In this document: positions 1 to 11,275 of the stretch, one piece after another
Numbering within the stretch: the stretch's first letter is position 1
Layout: each line of letters starts with the position of its first letter
Assembly (NCBI GenBank): GCA_963725325.1
Contig: CAVRYF010000001.1
Coordinates: 171,723 to 235,722, forward strand
Source of the DNA: an uncultured Acidobacteriota bacterium
GTDB taxonomy: Bacteria; Acidobacteriota; Vicinamibacteria; Vicinamibacterales; 2-12-FULL-66-21
Length of the DNA stretch: 64,000 bases
Direction of reading: 5' to 3'
The notes under the pieces: generated by a model
The model's input: the letters and a program-made list of their open reading frames with translations, nothing else
Told to the model about the DNA's origin: nothing
Database searches by the model: none
Program-made: the position numbers and the translations under genes

Positions 1-1213
1 TCGCCGGCTGGGAACCGGTCCGCGAGCTGGCAATGAGCAGGTAGCGGCCGTACTGGAAGTAGAGGGCGACAAGACCGGGATCGTCTCCGTTGCCGAATCC
101 ACGCACGCGCTCGTCAGTCGGCACGCGCTTCGAAGATCCGAGATCGAGCGTGAGGCGATTGAACAGCTGCTGATAATCGCGGACGTGCGCGGCGCGCAAG
201 GTGTCGACGCTCTTGCGCGATGCGGGATCGAACGCCGCCGCGACACGGGCCACGGGATCGGCGCCCACGTCTTCGTAGGTCCGATAGCCGGTCGCCGCCG
301 CGATCAGCAACGTGACGGCGTCGGCGTCGCGGACGACCACGGCGTCGCCGCTGGCGCGGCGCGTTCCTCCCGTCGGGAGCACGCGGACACATGCCGCGAA
401 TCGCAGCGCGCCGGTCATGGGACGGCCGTCGGCGGTCGTGCCCGGGCCATCTCCGTTAACGCCGCGCATCACCAGATCGCCGTCCGCAGTCGCTTCGACC
501 GTCGCGCGCTGCGGCGTCTGCATCCGCGCCTCGAAGGAGATCCGTCCAGGGCGGCTGGCGGTCAGCCGCACGACGATGACCTGGTCGGGCGCGCTCGCGA
601 ACACTTCACGGGAGAACGTCACGCCACCGCTGGTGAACGACACGTGAGCCGTTGCGGTCGTCAAGTCGAGATCGCGCCGGTAGTTCTCCACCGCGTCCAC
701 CTGTGGAAACGTCAACGCGAGATCGCCGACCGTCTGGTACGGCATCTGCGCGAGCGGCTTCGACATCACCTTCGCTTCGACGAGCTTCGCTGCCTCGGGG
801 TACTTTCGCTGTGCCAGCAGACGCCGGACTTCAGGTAGCGCGTCTTTCGCTTCGGGGTTCACCGGATCGTACGGCCGCCCCGCCCACAGCGTGTCCTCGT
901 TGAGTTGCAGCCGCTCATGGACGATGCCGCCAAAGACCATCGCGCCGAGACGGCCGTTGCCCACAGGTAGCGCGCGTACCCACTCTGCGGTGGCCGCCTG
1001 GCGGCGCTGCCGCGACGCATCCGGCGGCAGCAGCGGATGATCGGAGGCCGGCGCGCGATACCAGAGGCTGAGCACCGACGCGGGCGGCGCCGCCTCGCCG
1101 ATCAGGCGCGGTAAGGGCGGCGATTGCGTTGCCGCAGCGACGGCGCCTGCCACAAGAGCGCCCGCCAGACACGCGCCCGCGATGTACCGGGGCCGCGATG
1201 GTTCCCGTTTCAT
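1..1213 (-). CDS. Glycoside hydrolase family 95 (alpha-L-fucosidase-like), N-terminal part; gene continues past the left edge
   Basis: Not in the ORF track because it is open at the window edge. Own translation from ATG 1213..1211 gives MKREPSRPRYIAGACLAGALVAGAVAAA (signal peptide) ... SLWYRAPA ... EWVRALPVGNGRLGAMVFGGIVHERLQLNEDTLWAGRPYDP, the typical GH95 N-terminal motif. The frame stays open to nt 1. Confidence 0.8.
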   Translation of the reverse strand, partial: MKREPSRPRYIAGACLAGALVAGAVAAATQSPPLPRLIGEAAPPASVLSLWYRAPASDHPLLPPDASRQRRQAATAEWVRALPVGNGRLGAMVFGGIVHERLQLNEDTLWAGRPYDPVNPEAKDALPEVRRLLAQRKYPEAAKLVEAKVMSKPLAQMPYQTVGDLALTFPQVDAVENYRRDLDLTTATAHVSFTSGGVTFSREVFASAPDQVIVVRLTASRPGRISFEARMQTPQRATVEATADGDLVMRGVNGDGPGTTADGRPMTGALRFAACVRVLPTGGTRRASGDAVVVRDADAVTLLIAAATGYRTYEDVGADPVARVAAAFDPASRKSVDTLRAAHVRDYQQLFNRLTLDLGSSKRVPTDERVRGFGNGDDPGLVALYFQYGRYLLIASSRTGSQPA

Positions 1214-1565
1214 CTCGCGTTTCTCAGCGTCGCGACGACTGCGCCGAATGCCAGCTTTGGCAGACGCTGACGATCCCAGAGCAGCGGATAGTTCATGCGC
1301 CCGCGATTCAGCCATGAGTCCGCATCACTGAGTCCCCAGAACGTGACGCGCGTCACGGCATCGCGATGTTTCAGAAACACGCCGAACACGTGAGGTCGAC
1401 GGCGGTCGCGTCGGCGCCCGCGAACTGCCGCTGGTTCACGGCGACGCCGATCACCATCCCCTTTGGCATCAGGTCCTTCAGCGCCACATCCTGGCGTGCC
1501 GCCGCGCGTGGCACGGCGAGGGCGGCGGCAGCCAGAATCGTGCCCGACAACATGGAAGGCTTCAT
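1210..1565 (-). pseudogene. GH10 endo-1,4-beta-xylanase remnant (N-terminal and C-terminal stubs only, frameshifted)
   Basis: ATG 1565: MKPSMLSGTILAAAALAVPRAAA (signal peptide) then RQDVALKDLMPKGMVIGVAVNQRQF, which is GH10-like, then a stop at 1371. Another frame from ~1390 to TGA 1210..1212 reads HVFGVFLKHRDAVTRVTFWGLSDADSWLNRGRMNYPLLWDRQRLPKLAFGAVV, a GH10 C-terminus. The central catalytic part is missing. The stop overlaps the GH95 start (ATGA). Confidence 0.6.
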
Positions 1566-1584
1566 GGTGCGGAGTATTGTATGA

Positions 1585-2955
<1,371 letters not shown>

Positions 2956-3145
2956 GAGACGGAGGAAGCACGGGGTCTGCTGATGCAGCTCCTCGCGATC
3001 GTGCGAGCTCCCTGCTCTGCCGCGCGGCCGACTCGTTTGTTGGCTCTCAGGTTATCCGTAATACCTCCAACCGATCTGCTCGGATTCTTCCACTAACGAA
3101 ATAGCGGATCGCTTACCGCAACGTGAGAAGCGTTCAGGGTGGTCT

Positions 3146-3676
3146 CTAGGGAGCCCTGCGGTCGTTTGGGTGAGACACATTCAAGGTCTGCGCTTCTTTC
3201 GTTACTGTGCCAGTCTGCACCATGTCCCTGAAGCCTCCGGCACGCCAGAGGACAGCATTGCTCATCTGCGAGATTCTCCACTGGCCGTCCGACTGCATCA
3301 GCGTCGCGTGAATGACTCCGCCCGCGATAAAAAAGTTGTCCAGCTTGTTCGCGTCGGTTTTACTGCCTTGCCACATATGCATGGCGATGAGATTGGCCCG
3401 GACGTTCGCCGTACTGCCGTCGAGAGAAATATCGTGACCGGCGACAAAGTGTTGCGAACCTTCAAAACGGGTGAAGCTGTTCTCATGGCTAGCACTGATT
3501 TCTTCGGGCCCGATCAGTGACGCGCCGTTGGGGCGCGTGACTTGTGCCTGAGGCGTGAAGATGGAGGCGAAGTGCTGGGCGTCAAAATTCTTCTCATCAA
3601 GTGCGCGAAAGTAGCTGTTCACTATGCTCGTGATTTCAGATTTGTTGATTAATTCGGTGATCCTGTCCTGATCCAT
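3146..3676 (-). CDS. SnoaL-like / NTF2-fold protein
   Basis: 176-aa ORF. The N-terminus ITELINKSEITSIVNSYFRALDEKNFD is typical of SnoaL_4/NTF2-like proteins. Local GC is lower than in the flanks. Confidence 0.65.
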   Translation of the reverse strand: MDQDRITELINKSEITSIVNSYFRALDEKNFDAQHFASIFTPQAQVTRPNGASLIGPEEISASHENSFTRFEGSQHFVAGHDISLDGSTANVRANLIAMHMWQGSKTDANKLDNFFIAGGVIHATLMQSDGQWRISQMSNAVLWRAGGFRDMVQTGTVTKEAQTLNVSHPNDRRAP

Positions 3677-3688
3677 GGTCAGTCCTCA

Positions 3689-3924
3689 TCAGGCGACGCC
3701 GAGCTTCCCGCGTTCCCCCTCACGGGGCGCCGAGAGCTCCTCGGGCGTCATGAACAAACGATGCGCTTGGCCTGGGCGCTGTTCTTGAGACCGGCGGCGG
3801 CCACGAATACGCCGGCCTTGACCAGCTCCTCTATAAACCGGTCCATCGCGGCGAACGCCTCGGGCGCGGGTGGCGCGCCCTTTTCGCTGTCCTCATTGGC
3901 TTTTGCGAACACCATAACCCGCAT
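3689..3924 (-). pseudogene. YciI-like (DGPF) family gene remnant with internal deletion
   Basis: AAGGAG then ATG 3924: MRVMVFAKANEDSEKGAPPAPEAFAAMDRFIEELVKAGVFVAAAGLKNSAQAKRI matches the YciI-family N-terminus, then stops after ~58 aa. A different frame ends ...TPEELSAPREGERGKLGVA* at 3689, which resembles the family C-terminus. The middle part is absent. Confidence 0.45.
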
Positions 3925-4127
3925 CGTCTGTCTCCTTGTTTGAGCCGACCCCTGTTGGCGTCTCATCGATACGACGAACGAGCTTGCTGGAAATCGACAT
4001 CGTTCTGCAAATTCTGCTCGACGTTCGAGGCGCGCGGGAGGAACGGCCGCTTTTCCCTATGGACCGACGTCCGTTGACGTTAGCGTCGCTGCCGGGATCG
4101 ACTGCCAGGCGGAGCCTGAGTATGACC

Positions 4128-7100
4128 TCAGAACATCTGGCCGATTGAAAAGTGCCAGCGGACCCCGGTCTCGCCGAAGCTGCGCGGAAACCCGAGATCG
4201 ATGCGAATTGGCGCCAGGGGCGTCTTGATGCGAAGCCCGAATCCGAGTCCCACACCGAGCTCGTTCAACCGGATCGGCTGCGCGTTGGTGAACGTGTTCC
4301 CCGCATCGGCGAAGAGCACGCCGCTCAACCGCCAGAAGAGCGGCGCGCGGAGCTCGGCGTTACCCACGAACAGCTTCGTGCCTCCGAGTGGCGCGTCGAA
4401 GAACGAGTAGGCTGACAGCGCGTCTTGCGAATAGCCGCGCACGCTCTCCGTTCCGCCGGCATTGAAGAAGAGATCGAAAATCGTCAGCGTCAGCGGGCCG
4501 CCGAGCGGCTCCAGCTGGCCCCAGCGCACGTTGCCGGCCAGGACGACGGGACCGAGCGGCTGGTAATAGGACCCACGAATCAACATGCGCAGGTAATCGA
4601 CATCCGATCCGAACTCCCGCTGTCCCCACTGGAGGCTCACCGATCCGAACCAGCCGCGCTTGGCGTCGAAGAAGCTGTCCCGACGGTCGATGACCGCGGC
4701 ACCGTTCAGCGACGCCAGGATCCCGTTGAAGCCGAGGGTCTCCTCCCCGGTGGCATGCGACAAACGCACGTCGCGCCAGTCGTGGCTGTAGCCCCACGAG
4801 TACTCCACCGCGCGGCTCACCCGCCAGCGCTGCTCCATCGTCAGGTTGACCTCGTCTTCTCGCGCGGTGAGCTGCTCGTCCTGGTGTTCCTCGCCGCGCC
4901 CCGTCAGGAACAGGTTGGTTCGTATCGGGCGGCGCTGCAGCGTTGGCACCGAGAAGAGCGCTCGCGCGCTGCGCAGGTCTGGCTCGTACCGCAGACCCCC
5001 TCCGAGCGACATCCCTCGGCCGAGGAAGTTGCGGTCGCGGATATCCGCCGCAACGCCGAGCGCGTCGGTGCGTTGATCGAGCGCCGAGGTGTACTCCGAC
5101 GACAGCTCGAGCCCGTAACGCAACTGGAAGCGACGAGTCTCCTCGAGCGAGATCGTGGCCTTGACCGGAAGAGTCCCCTGGACCGGCCCAGGCGCAGGAA
5201 TCGGCTCGAGTCGAACTTCCGCGCGCCGGAAGGTCCCGAGCTGGTACAGCCGCTTCTCGGTTGCGGCGACGGCGGCCGCGCCGGCGGGTTGGCCCGGCGT
5301 CAGCTGAACGGCCTTGCTGACGAGCGACGGCCTGGTCGACTGCAAGCCCTCGATCTCGACGGAGCTGATCACGTGGAGCGGCCCCTCGTTCACCGCGAAC
5401 GTGAGCGCCATGTCCATTCCCTGCGACGCGGCGGTCGCCGTCGTCTCCACCTGCAGGTCGCGAAATCCGAGGTCGCGGTAGTAACGCTCCAGCCGCGCAC
5501 GTCCGGATCGATCCGCCCCGGCGGCAAATGGTGACCCCACGGCAAGGGCGATCGCCTCGAGCGCTCCAGCCCGCCGCTCGGGCGCAACGCCCGTCAGCTG
5601 GACTGCCGCCACCTGCGCCGCCCGCCCCTCGTCGATCCGAATCGGCAACGTCGCGGCGTCGTCCGCGAACTCGATTGGCCCGATGGTGACGCGCGCCGCG
5701 AGGTAGCCCTTCGCAGCGTATGCCTCGCGGATCGCCGCGATCAGCGGCCCCGGATCCGTCCACGCGTTGGCATCGAGTCGACCCGACGCTGTGAGCTCCT
5801 GCAACGTCTGAGTCGCGAGCACCTCGTTGCCTCGGAACGCAAGCTGGCGGGAGCCCGTGCGGCGGCCGGGATCGATGCGGACGCGTGCGCGCTCGGTGTC
5901 GCGGTCGGGGCGATCGACCTCGACCTCGATCCGGGCGCGGAGGAACCCGGCATCGATGAGATGATCGCGGGTTGCCTTGGTGAGCCTGTCGTCCAGCAGG
6001 TCGAGCACCACGTTTTCGGACCACGTCTGCCGAAGGCGATTGAGGAGATCGTCACCGCCCTCGTATCCAGTGACTTCGAGCACCGTTCGTCGTCCCCGCG
6101 CGATGCGGTACTGGAGATCGACGGGACGTTCCTTGCCTGTGCTCTCGGCCGTTGTGCGCATCGGAACGACTCGCGCGGTGTAGTACTCCCTGTCCCGGTA
6201 GAACCGCTCGATGCGATCGCGATCCTCCAGCCATGCTCGGAACTCGAAGCGGTGGCCCTGTCGGAGCTTGGTACCCGCCAGCACCTGCTCGGCGCTGTAG
6301 CCGGGATCGCCAGCGAGTGCCACTGCGCGCACCTTGTCCTCGACGACACTGGCGGCGCGGGCGCGGGGGCGCGGGGAGACACCGGGGCCGAAGGTAATCT
6401 CCTGACGGAACTCGAACGCCTCCTTGGTGTTCTCCTCCGACGACACACGGAACTCGTAACCGCTGACCGGGCGGTAGATGATGATCCAGGTGGACTCGTT
6501 CTCCTCGAGGTTTTCCGAGAACACGAGCTCGAACTTCGTACGCACCCGCTTCGACACCGTCAGGCGAGTGGCCGGGTCGACGTCGCTCGACACGAGGTCG
6601 AGGTCTTCAGTGCCAACGCTCACCGTATCGAGCCCGACGAACTGCCCGGCGACCCCAAGCACGTCGCCTGACACCGCGCCGACGGCGAAGGTATTGCTGT
6701 CGGTCGTTCCCCTCGCCGGATCCGCAATCTGGCCCGTGACGAGCAGGGAGCGTACGTCCCGCTCGCTCAGCGGCGGATCGGACGAGAAGTTCGTTTCAAT
6801 CTGGTCGGCTCGTCCGCTCATTCGCACGGTGACGAGGTACGAGCTGACGTGCGCCTCGCCGATGAGGTTCAGGCGTGGCAGAAGCCCCGTCGCTGGCGAA
6901 AACTCGAGCCGACTCTCCGTCAGTCGGTACGAGCGCCCTCCCATGCGAATCCGTCCGTCGTCCTGGATCGTCACCTGCCCGTCGAGCGCCGGGCGGCCGA
7001 CCGTGCCCGTGACGCGCACGTCGGGTACCAGTTCGACATTCAGCACGCTCTGATCGACGACGATGGGACCAACTGAGTTGAGGCGGATGTCGAGGGCCGT

Positions 7101-10100
7101 AGCCGCAATCCACGGTGCCACCGACCGCGGTGGCGCACCGCCAGGTGTGACAGCGGAGATCGCCGACGCAAGCGCAGTGATCGGTTCCCGATAGCTGTCC
7201 GAGGCGATCGTGATCTGACCGGACAGGCGTGACCCCGATGCGGCGTTCTCCCATGTGAGGCGCGTGTCGAGCTGACTGCGCAGCCCCTTGGGGACCTCGA
7301 CGAACAAACCGCGCGCTTCGACATGCAAGGGACGCGGCGCGACCGTGCCGGCGAAAATCGGAACCGCTCCTTCGATCGTGATGTCGCCGCCGTTCAACTG
7401 TGCCTTGAGCCCGCGGGTGTCGAGGACACCAGCCTCGAGCGTCAGCGGCCCCGAGAGGCCCGCGAGTGCCAGCTGCCAGTCCGGCTCGACGATGTTGACG
7501 TCGTGCAAGTCGATTTTCGCGGACGCGCGGCGCGCTCCGGGTGGCCCCGCAACACGAACCTGGAAGGTGGCCTCGCCACCGATTCCCGTGGCCATCATGC
7601 GGAGAAGCCCCAACGCGGTGCTCCCTTCAGCCCGAACCTCTCCTTCGGTGCCTGGCAGAAGGCCGATAGCGCCCGAGGCCGTGAGGAACGAGCGAGGTCC
7701 CTTCCAGTCGAGTGCCCCGACTTCCAGCCGCCCGCGATCGAATCGCAGCCTCGTCGGTACCTGCTGGGTCAGGCCGACATCGTCGACCGAGACCTGGGCA
7801 GCCTCGAAGGTGACCGTGGCCACGACATCGTCCAGTCGCGGCTCGGTCGCGTGGGCTTCAAGAGCGACCTTCGCGGTCCCCGTTATGTTCGTGTTCTTGA
7901 TGCCGAGCGCTTGAAGCGCCGGGACGAGCATTGCATCCGCTCGCGCCGTCACTGTTGCTTCGGTCGGTGAGATGTTTCCAGGAGCGGGCGGGCCGTCCGC
8001 CAGCCATGCGGGGACAGCCCAGCCGAGAGGCATTCGCGCCCTGGCGCTGAATGGTGCCCCGAGAACAACGCCATCGTCGACTGAGAACTCAATGGCACTC
8101 CCTCGAATGCGGGTCTGCAGGTGGACGCCACGTGCGAGCTCGCCTTCGGCGCGCATCAGCCGGTCAATCGTCGCGTCGGCATCGCCGGCGATCGCGAAGC
8201 GGTCCCCATCCTGGTCCAGCGAGACCTGCGCACGAACCGGTCCCTCCACCAGCCACGGCGTGATGAGCATGCTGGGTGGGAGGAAGGCGATCCCGTCCTC
8301 GATGCGGCCTTCGAGCGTGACCAGGACGCCGCTCTCGCGCTCGCGGACACGCGCGAGCCCCATCGAGAACCCCCCCAGCGTGATGCGGAGTGGCGCCTCC
8401 AGAGTTGGCCGACGCCCATCGAACCTGATTCGTCCTGGCTGAAGGAGGCGAAGCGGCCTGCCCCGAAGTTGTCCCTCGATCTCCGGGACGGTAACGACTC
8501 CGGTAGATTCGAGCGGCCGAGTGAGCTGACCTTTGACATCCGCAGATGCGGTGACCGTTGCGGAGGTGTCGGGCAGGGCAATCGTCCTACCCCACAGCGC
8601 CACGAGCGATGTCAGCTGGCTCCTGCGAAGGGTTGCGCGGGCCTCGAAAGGCCACTCCGGCTCGAAACCAATGCGGCCGCTGATTTCAGCGCTCAAGGTC
8701 GGCAGCCGGAAATCGAACCGGACTGCCGCGTCGGCACTGCCGGCGGTCAACTCGACTCGCCCGAGCGTGCGACCGTCGATGGCGACGTCGCCAGCAACCA
8801 TCGAGAACGTTCCCGTCGGTTGTCTGGGCGAGCCGGCGACATCGAATTCGACGGCGGCGTCACCGAGGTGTAGAGCCTCCGCCGCGGGCGGCGCCGCTGA
8901 CGGTGGAGACCTAGTGCCAGTGACAGTCCGCAATGACAGCGCGAGCTTCTCCCCGCGTCCGGAGATCCGCATGCGCCCCAGGCGGCGATCGATGCCGGCT
9001 TCGAGCCGGAGCCATCCGTCGCCACGATTCAGGCGAAGTCCGGTCACATTCAGGACGCCTTGCGCGAAAGTGACGTCCCCGTCGAGCGAGTCGATGGCGA
9101 TTCCGTTCGCATCGAGGCCGGAACCTGAGATTCGCGCCGCCAGCCGCGGATCGGCCGTCGATCCGTCCAGCGTCCCTGAGATAACGAGCGACCCTGATGG
9201 CCGCCACTCGGCCGGGAGCGCAGCAGCGAGGACCTCTGGCCTGTCGAGTCGGGCGTCCACGGCGAGATGGATCGGACCGTTGCCGGCCGTCGCCGTCCCG
9301 TGTACGTCGACTCGATTGCCGGAACCTTCGGCCGTCATCCGGGTGATCTCGACCGCTCGGCCCTGGAGGCGCACCTGCGCTTCGCCGCGGACCTGCTCTA
9401 TTCCCCCCAGTGCGAGCGAGTCCGCGGTGAGCCTTGCCTCGAGCCGTGGCGAGGCCAGCGTCCCAGTGAGCGTCGCATCCGCTGTCGCCCGCCCTGCTTG
9501 CAGCACCGCCGCGAGATCGGCCGGCAGGAATCCGTTCCGCTGCAGATCTCGCATCGCATCCTTTACGTTCGCGGACTGGGCGCCGAAGCGACCGGTCAGG
9601 GTCGATTGCGCCAAGCGCGCGCGATCGAGGACGACCGAGATGTCGGCGGCCACGCTCGTGTCGCCTTCGAGCGCGCCGCGGGAGTGCACGCGCCAACGCC
9701 CCCGTTCACCAGTGGCATCGACCGTCGCGATCGTGGCGCGCGGCGCCGCGACATTCAGGACGGCCATCTGGATGCGGCCGCTGAGTGACTCAGGGCCGGG
9801 CACCGACCCGGGCCACATGAGGTCGGCCGCGAGCGTCAGTGGCGCGGCGGGCAGCGCGGACGCCCTGGCCACAGGGGCAAGGCGGCTGGCATTCTCTACG
9901 GTCGCCGCAGCGCGCAGAGAGCTGGAGCCTTCGTGGTCACCGATAACCAGACGCGCGGCCCCGTTCAGATTCGCACCCAGCGCGCGGCTCGAAGCGGTGT
10001 ACCGATCGATCGTCAGATCCGTACCCGACCAGCGGCCGCCCGCCGACACGCTGGCGTCCGTGACCTCCTGCCATTGAAGGCGTCTGACGCGGCCATCGAA

Positions 10101-11012
10101 GCTTCCGACGGGATGTTCGAGCGTCCCGCCGACGGTGCCTGACGCCTCAAGGTCGCCCTCGAGCGGAGGCAACTCCTTCGACCATTTATTGAGCTCGCCG
10201 AGCGCGACCCGCGCGTCGTACTTCACCTCGAGATCGCCGCGGCTCACGTCGAGGTGAGCGGTCCCGCCGATCGCCGCCACCGGCGACTCCATCGTGATCG
10301 ACGTGAGGGCCAGCGACGTTCCGTTGAGTGACACGTCCGCCCGCGCCCGATCGAAGCCAATCTCCGCCGTTCCGCGCCGGACCGACCACCCGCCCGACAC
10401 GACGACCGCTCCCCGCACGACTCCTGGGCCTTCGCCGGTGAACGACAGCGAGAGCCCGCGAACAGAGACGTGCGTGCCGCTTAAACTGACAGACGTGACC
10501 GCGAGATCGCGAACCCGCCCGTCCTTGATGTCGAATGCGGGAACGGTTGAGGAGGATCGTGCGTGAGCCTGCCTCTCGCGGTCAGCCGCCGGAACCGGGG
10601 ACGCACCTCGCGTTGTGGAGTCGAGCACGACTTCGGGCTTGGTGACGTCGAGCCGGCGGAGCACCAGGGTTCCGCGGAGAATAGCGGGGGAAAAGTCGAC
10701 TTCTACGCGTTCCGCCTTGAGGAACGGATGCGCCGCGGTGGATTGCCTGATGTTGACGGCGCGCAACGTCACGCCGAGCGAACTGGGCCGGTAGTCGAGA
10801 CCGGCGGCGCGCGCCTCGATCCCAAGACGATCGAGAAGCGACGCAGACAGGGTGCGGAGCACGAGCGCCTTGCCCGCCGAAGAGGCAAGGAAGAGGGCAC
10901 CGCCGGCCAAGACCACCAGCAGCAGCAGGACGAGAACGATCGCCGGGCGCACCATCGCCCTGAGTCGACGCGCGATGAAGTGGCGAGTCTGCGGTTCCGA
11001 AGATGCTTGCAC
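4128..11012 (-). CDS. Giant envelope protein: TamB/AsmA-like (DUF490) region fused in-frame to a POTRA + Omp85 (BamA/TamA-family) beta-barrel
   Basis: Single 2294-aa ORF.
- N-terminal signal-anchor: MVRPAIVLVLLLLVVLAGGALFLA.
- TamB C-terminal type sequence: NFSSDPPLSERDVRSLLVTGQ ... YEFRVSSEENTKEAFEFRQEITFG, ending at nt ~6387.
- POTRA-like repeats follow, then an Omp85 barrel with FNAGGTESVRGY and terminal WHFSIGQMF. Confidence 0.85.
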   Translation of the reverse strand: MQASSEPQTRHFIARRLRAMVRPAIVLVLLLLVVLAGGALFLASSAGKALVLRTLSASLLDRLGIEARAAGLDYRPSSLGVTLRAVNIRQSTAAHPFLKAERVEVDFSPAILRGTLVLRRLDVTKPEVVLDSTTRGASPVPAADRERQAHARSSSTVPAFDIKDGRVRDLAVTSVSLSGTHVSVRGLSLSFTGEGPGVVRGAVVVSGGWSVRRGTAEIGFDRARADVSLNGTSLALTSITMESPVAAIGGTAHLDVSRGDLEVKYDARVALGELNKWSKELPPLEGDLEASGTVGGTLEHPVGSFDGRVRRLQWQEVTDASVSAGGRWSGTDLTIDRYTASSRALGANLNGAARLVIGDHEGSSSLRAAATVENASRLAPVARASALPAAPLTLAADLMWPGSVPGPESLSGRIQMAVLNVAAPRATIATVDATGERGRWRVHSRGALEGDTSVAADISVVLDRARLAQSTLTGRFGAQSANVKDAMRDLQRNGFLPADLAAVLQAGRATADATLTGTLASPRLEARLTADSLALGGIEQVRGEAQVRLQGRAVEITRMTAEGSGNRVDVHGTATAGNGPIHLAVDARLDRPEVLAAALPAEWRPSGSLVISGTLDGSTADPRLAARISGSGLDANGIAIDSLDGDVTFAQGVLNVTGLRLNRGDGWLRLEAGIDRRLGRMRISGRGEKLALSLRTVTGTRSPPSAAPPAAEALHLGDAAVEFDVAGSPRQPTGTFSMVAGDVAIDGRTLGRVELTAGSADAAVRFDFRLPTLSAEISGRIGFEPEWPFEARATLRRSQLTSLVALWGRTIALPDTSATVTASADVKGQLTRPLESTGVVTVPEIEGQLRGRPLRLLQPGRIRFDGRRPTLEAPLRITLGGFSMGLARVRERESGVLVTLEGRIEDGIAFLPPSMLITPWLVEGPVRAQVSLDQDGDRFAIAGDADATIDRLMRAEGELARGVHLQTRIRGSAIEFSVDDGVVLGAPFSARARMPLGWAVPAWLADGPPAPGNISPTEATVTARADAMLVPALQALGIKNTNITGTAKVALEAHATEPRLDDVVATVTFEAAQVSVDDVGLTQQVPTRLRFDRGRLEVGALDWKGPRSFLTASGAIGLLPGTEGEVRAEGSTALGLLRMMATGIGGEATFQVRVAGPPGARRASAKIDLHDVNIVEPDWQLALAGLSGPLTLEAGVLDTRGLKAQLNGGDITIEGAVPIFAGTVAPRPLHVEARGLFVEVPKGLRSQLDTRLTWENAASGSRLSGQITIASDSYREPITALASAISAVTPGGAPPRSVAPWIAATALDIRLNSVGPIVVDQSVLNVELVPDVRVTGTVGRPALDGQVTIQDDGRIRMGGRSYRLTESRLEFSPATGLLPRLNLIGEAHVSSYLVTVRMSGRADQIETNFSSDPPLSERDVRSLLVTGQIADPARGTTDSNTFAVGAVSGDVLGVAGQFVGLDTVSVGTEDLDLVSSDVDPATRLTVSKRVRTKFELVFSENLEENESTWIIIYRPVSGYEFRVSSEENTKEAFEFRQEITFGPGVSPRPRARAASVVEDKVRAVALAGDPGYSAEQVLAGTKLRQGHRFEFRAWLEDRDRIERFYRDREYYTARVVPMRTTAESTGKERPVDLQYRIARGRRTVLEVTGYEGGDDLLNRLRQTWSENVVLDLLDDRLTKATRDHLIDAGFLRARIEVEVDRPDRDTERARVRIDPGRRTGSRQLAFRGNEVLATQTLQELTASGRLDANAWTDPGPLIAAIREAYAAKGYLAARVTIGPIEFADDAATLPIRIDEGRAAQVAAVQLTGVAPERRAGALEAIALAVGSPFAAGADRSGRARLERYYRDLGFRDLQVETTATAASQGMDMALTFAVNEGPLHVISSVEIEGLQSTRPSLVSKAVQLTPGQPAGAAAVAATEKRLYQLGTFRRAEVRLEPIPAPGPVQGTLPVKATISLEETRRFQLRYGLELSSEYTSALDQRTDALGVAADIRDRNFLGRGMSLGGGLRYEPDLRSARALFSVPTLQRRPIRTNLFLTGRGEEHQDEQLTAREDEVNLTMEQRWRVSRAVEYSWGYSHDWRDVRLSHATGEETLGFNGILASLNGAAVIDRRDSFFDAKRGWFGSVSLQWGQREFGSDVDYLRMLIRGSYYQPLGPVVLAGNVRWGQLEPLGGPLTLTIFDLFFNAGGTESVRGYSQDALSAYSFFDAPLGGTKLFVGNAELRAPLFWRLSGVLFADAGNTFTNAQPIRLNELGVGLGFGLRIKTPLAPIRIDLGFPRSFGETGVRWHFSIGQMF

Positions 11013-11106
11013 GTATCCCCCGCCGCGGGTGTGCCATGAGTGTCGGCCTGGTCGTTCGGCGAAGCCGACCGTTGACCGGACCGTTCGTCACCCCGGCCAG
11101 TACCTG

Positions 11107-11275
11107 TCATTGTCCTCGACCCGGGAAGGACAGGTCCAGCCGTTGAACCGGCCCTTTCGGATGAGATCGCTTCGCGGTGAAGAGTTGACGTCCCGGCTCG
11201 AGCGGATCGAGCGTGGCCTTCTTGGCATTGAGGGATGTGCGAGTAGTGCTCGAGCATTCGCCGCGAGAAGGGCCC
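11107..11275 (-). pseudogene. C-terminal stub of a tyrosine recombinase/integrase (frameshifted)
   Basis: Own translation gives AGPFSRRMLEHYSHI (catalytic-Tyr box). After a frame change it reads LNAKKATLDPLEPGRQLF...*. No upstream integrase sequence is present. Confidence 0.4.

Noticed and set aside
4360-6024. Long ORFs overlapping the giant gene in other frames or on the other strand: 4360..6024, 4425..5534, 8533..10077 and others.
   Set aside because: They are Arg/Ala/Pro/Gly-rich shadow ORFs, typical of high-GC DNA. They lie wholly inside a gene with clear family motifs.
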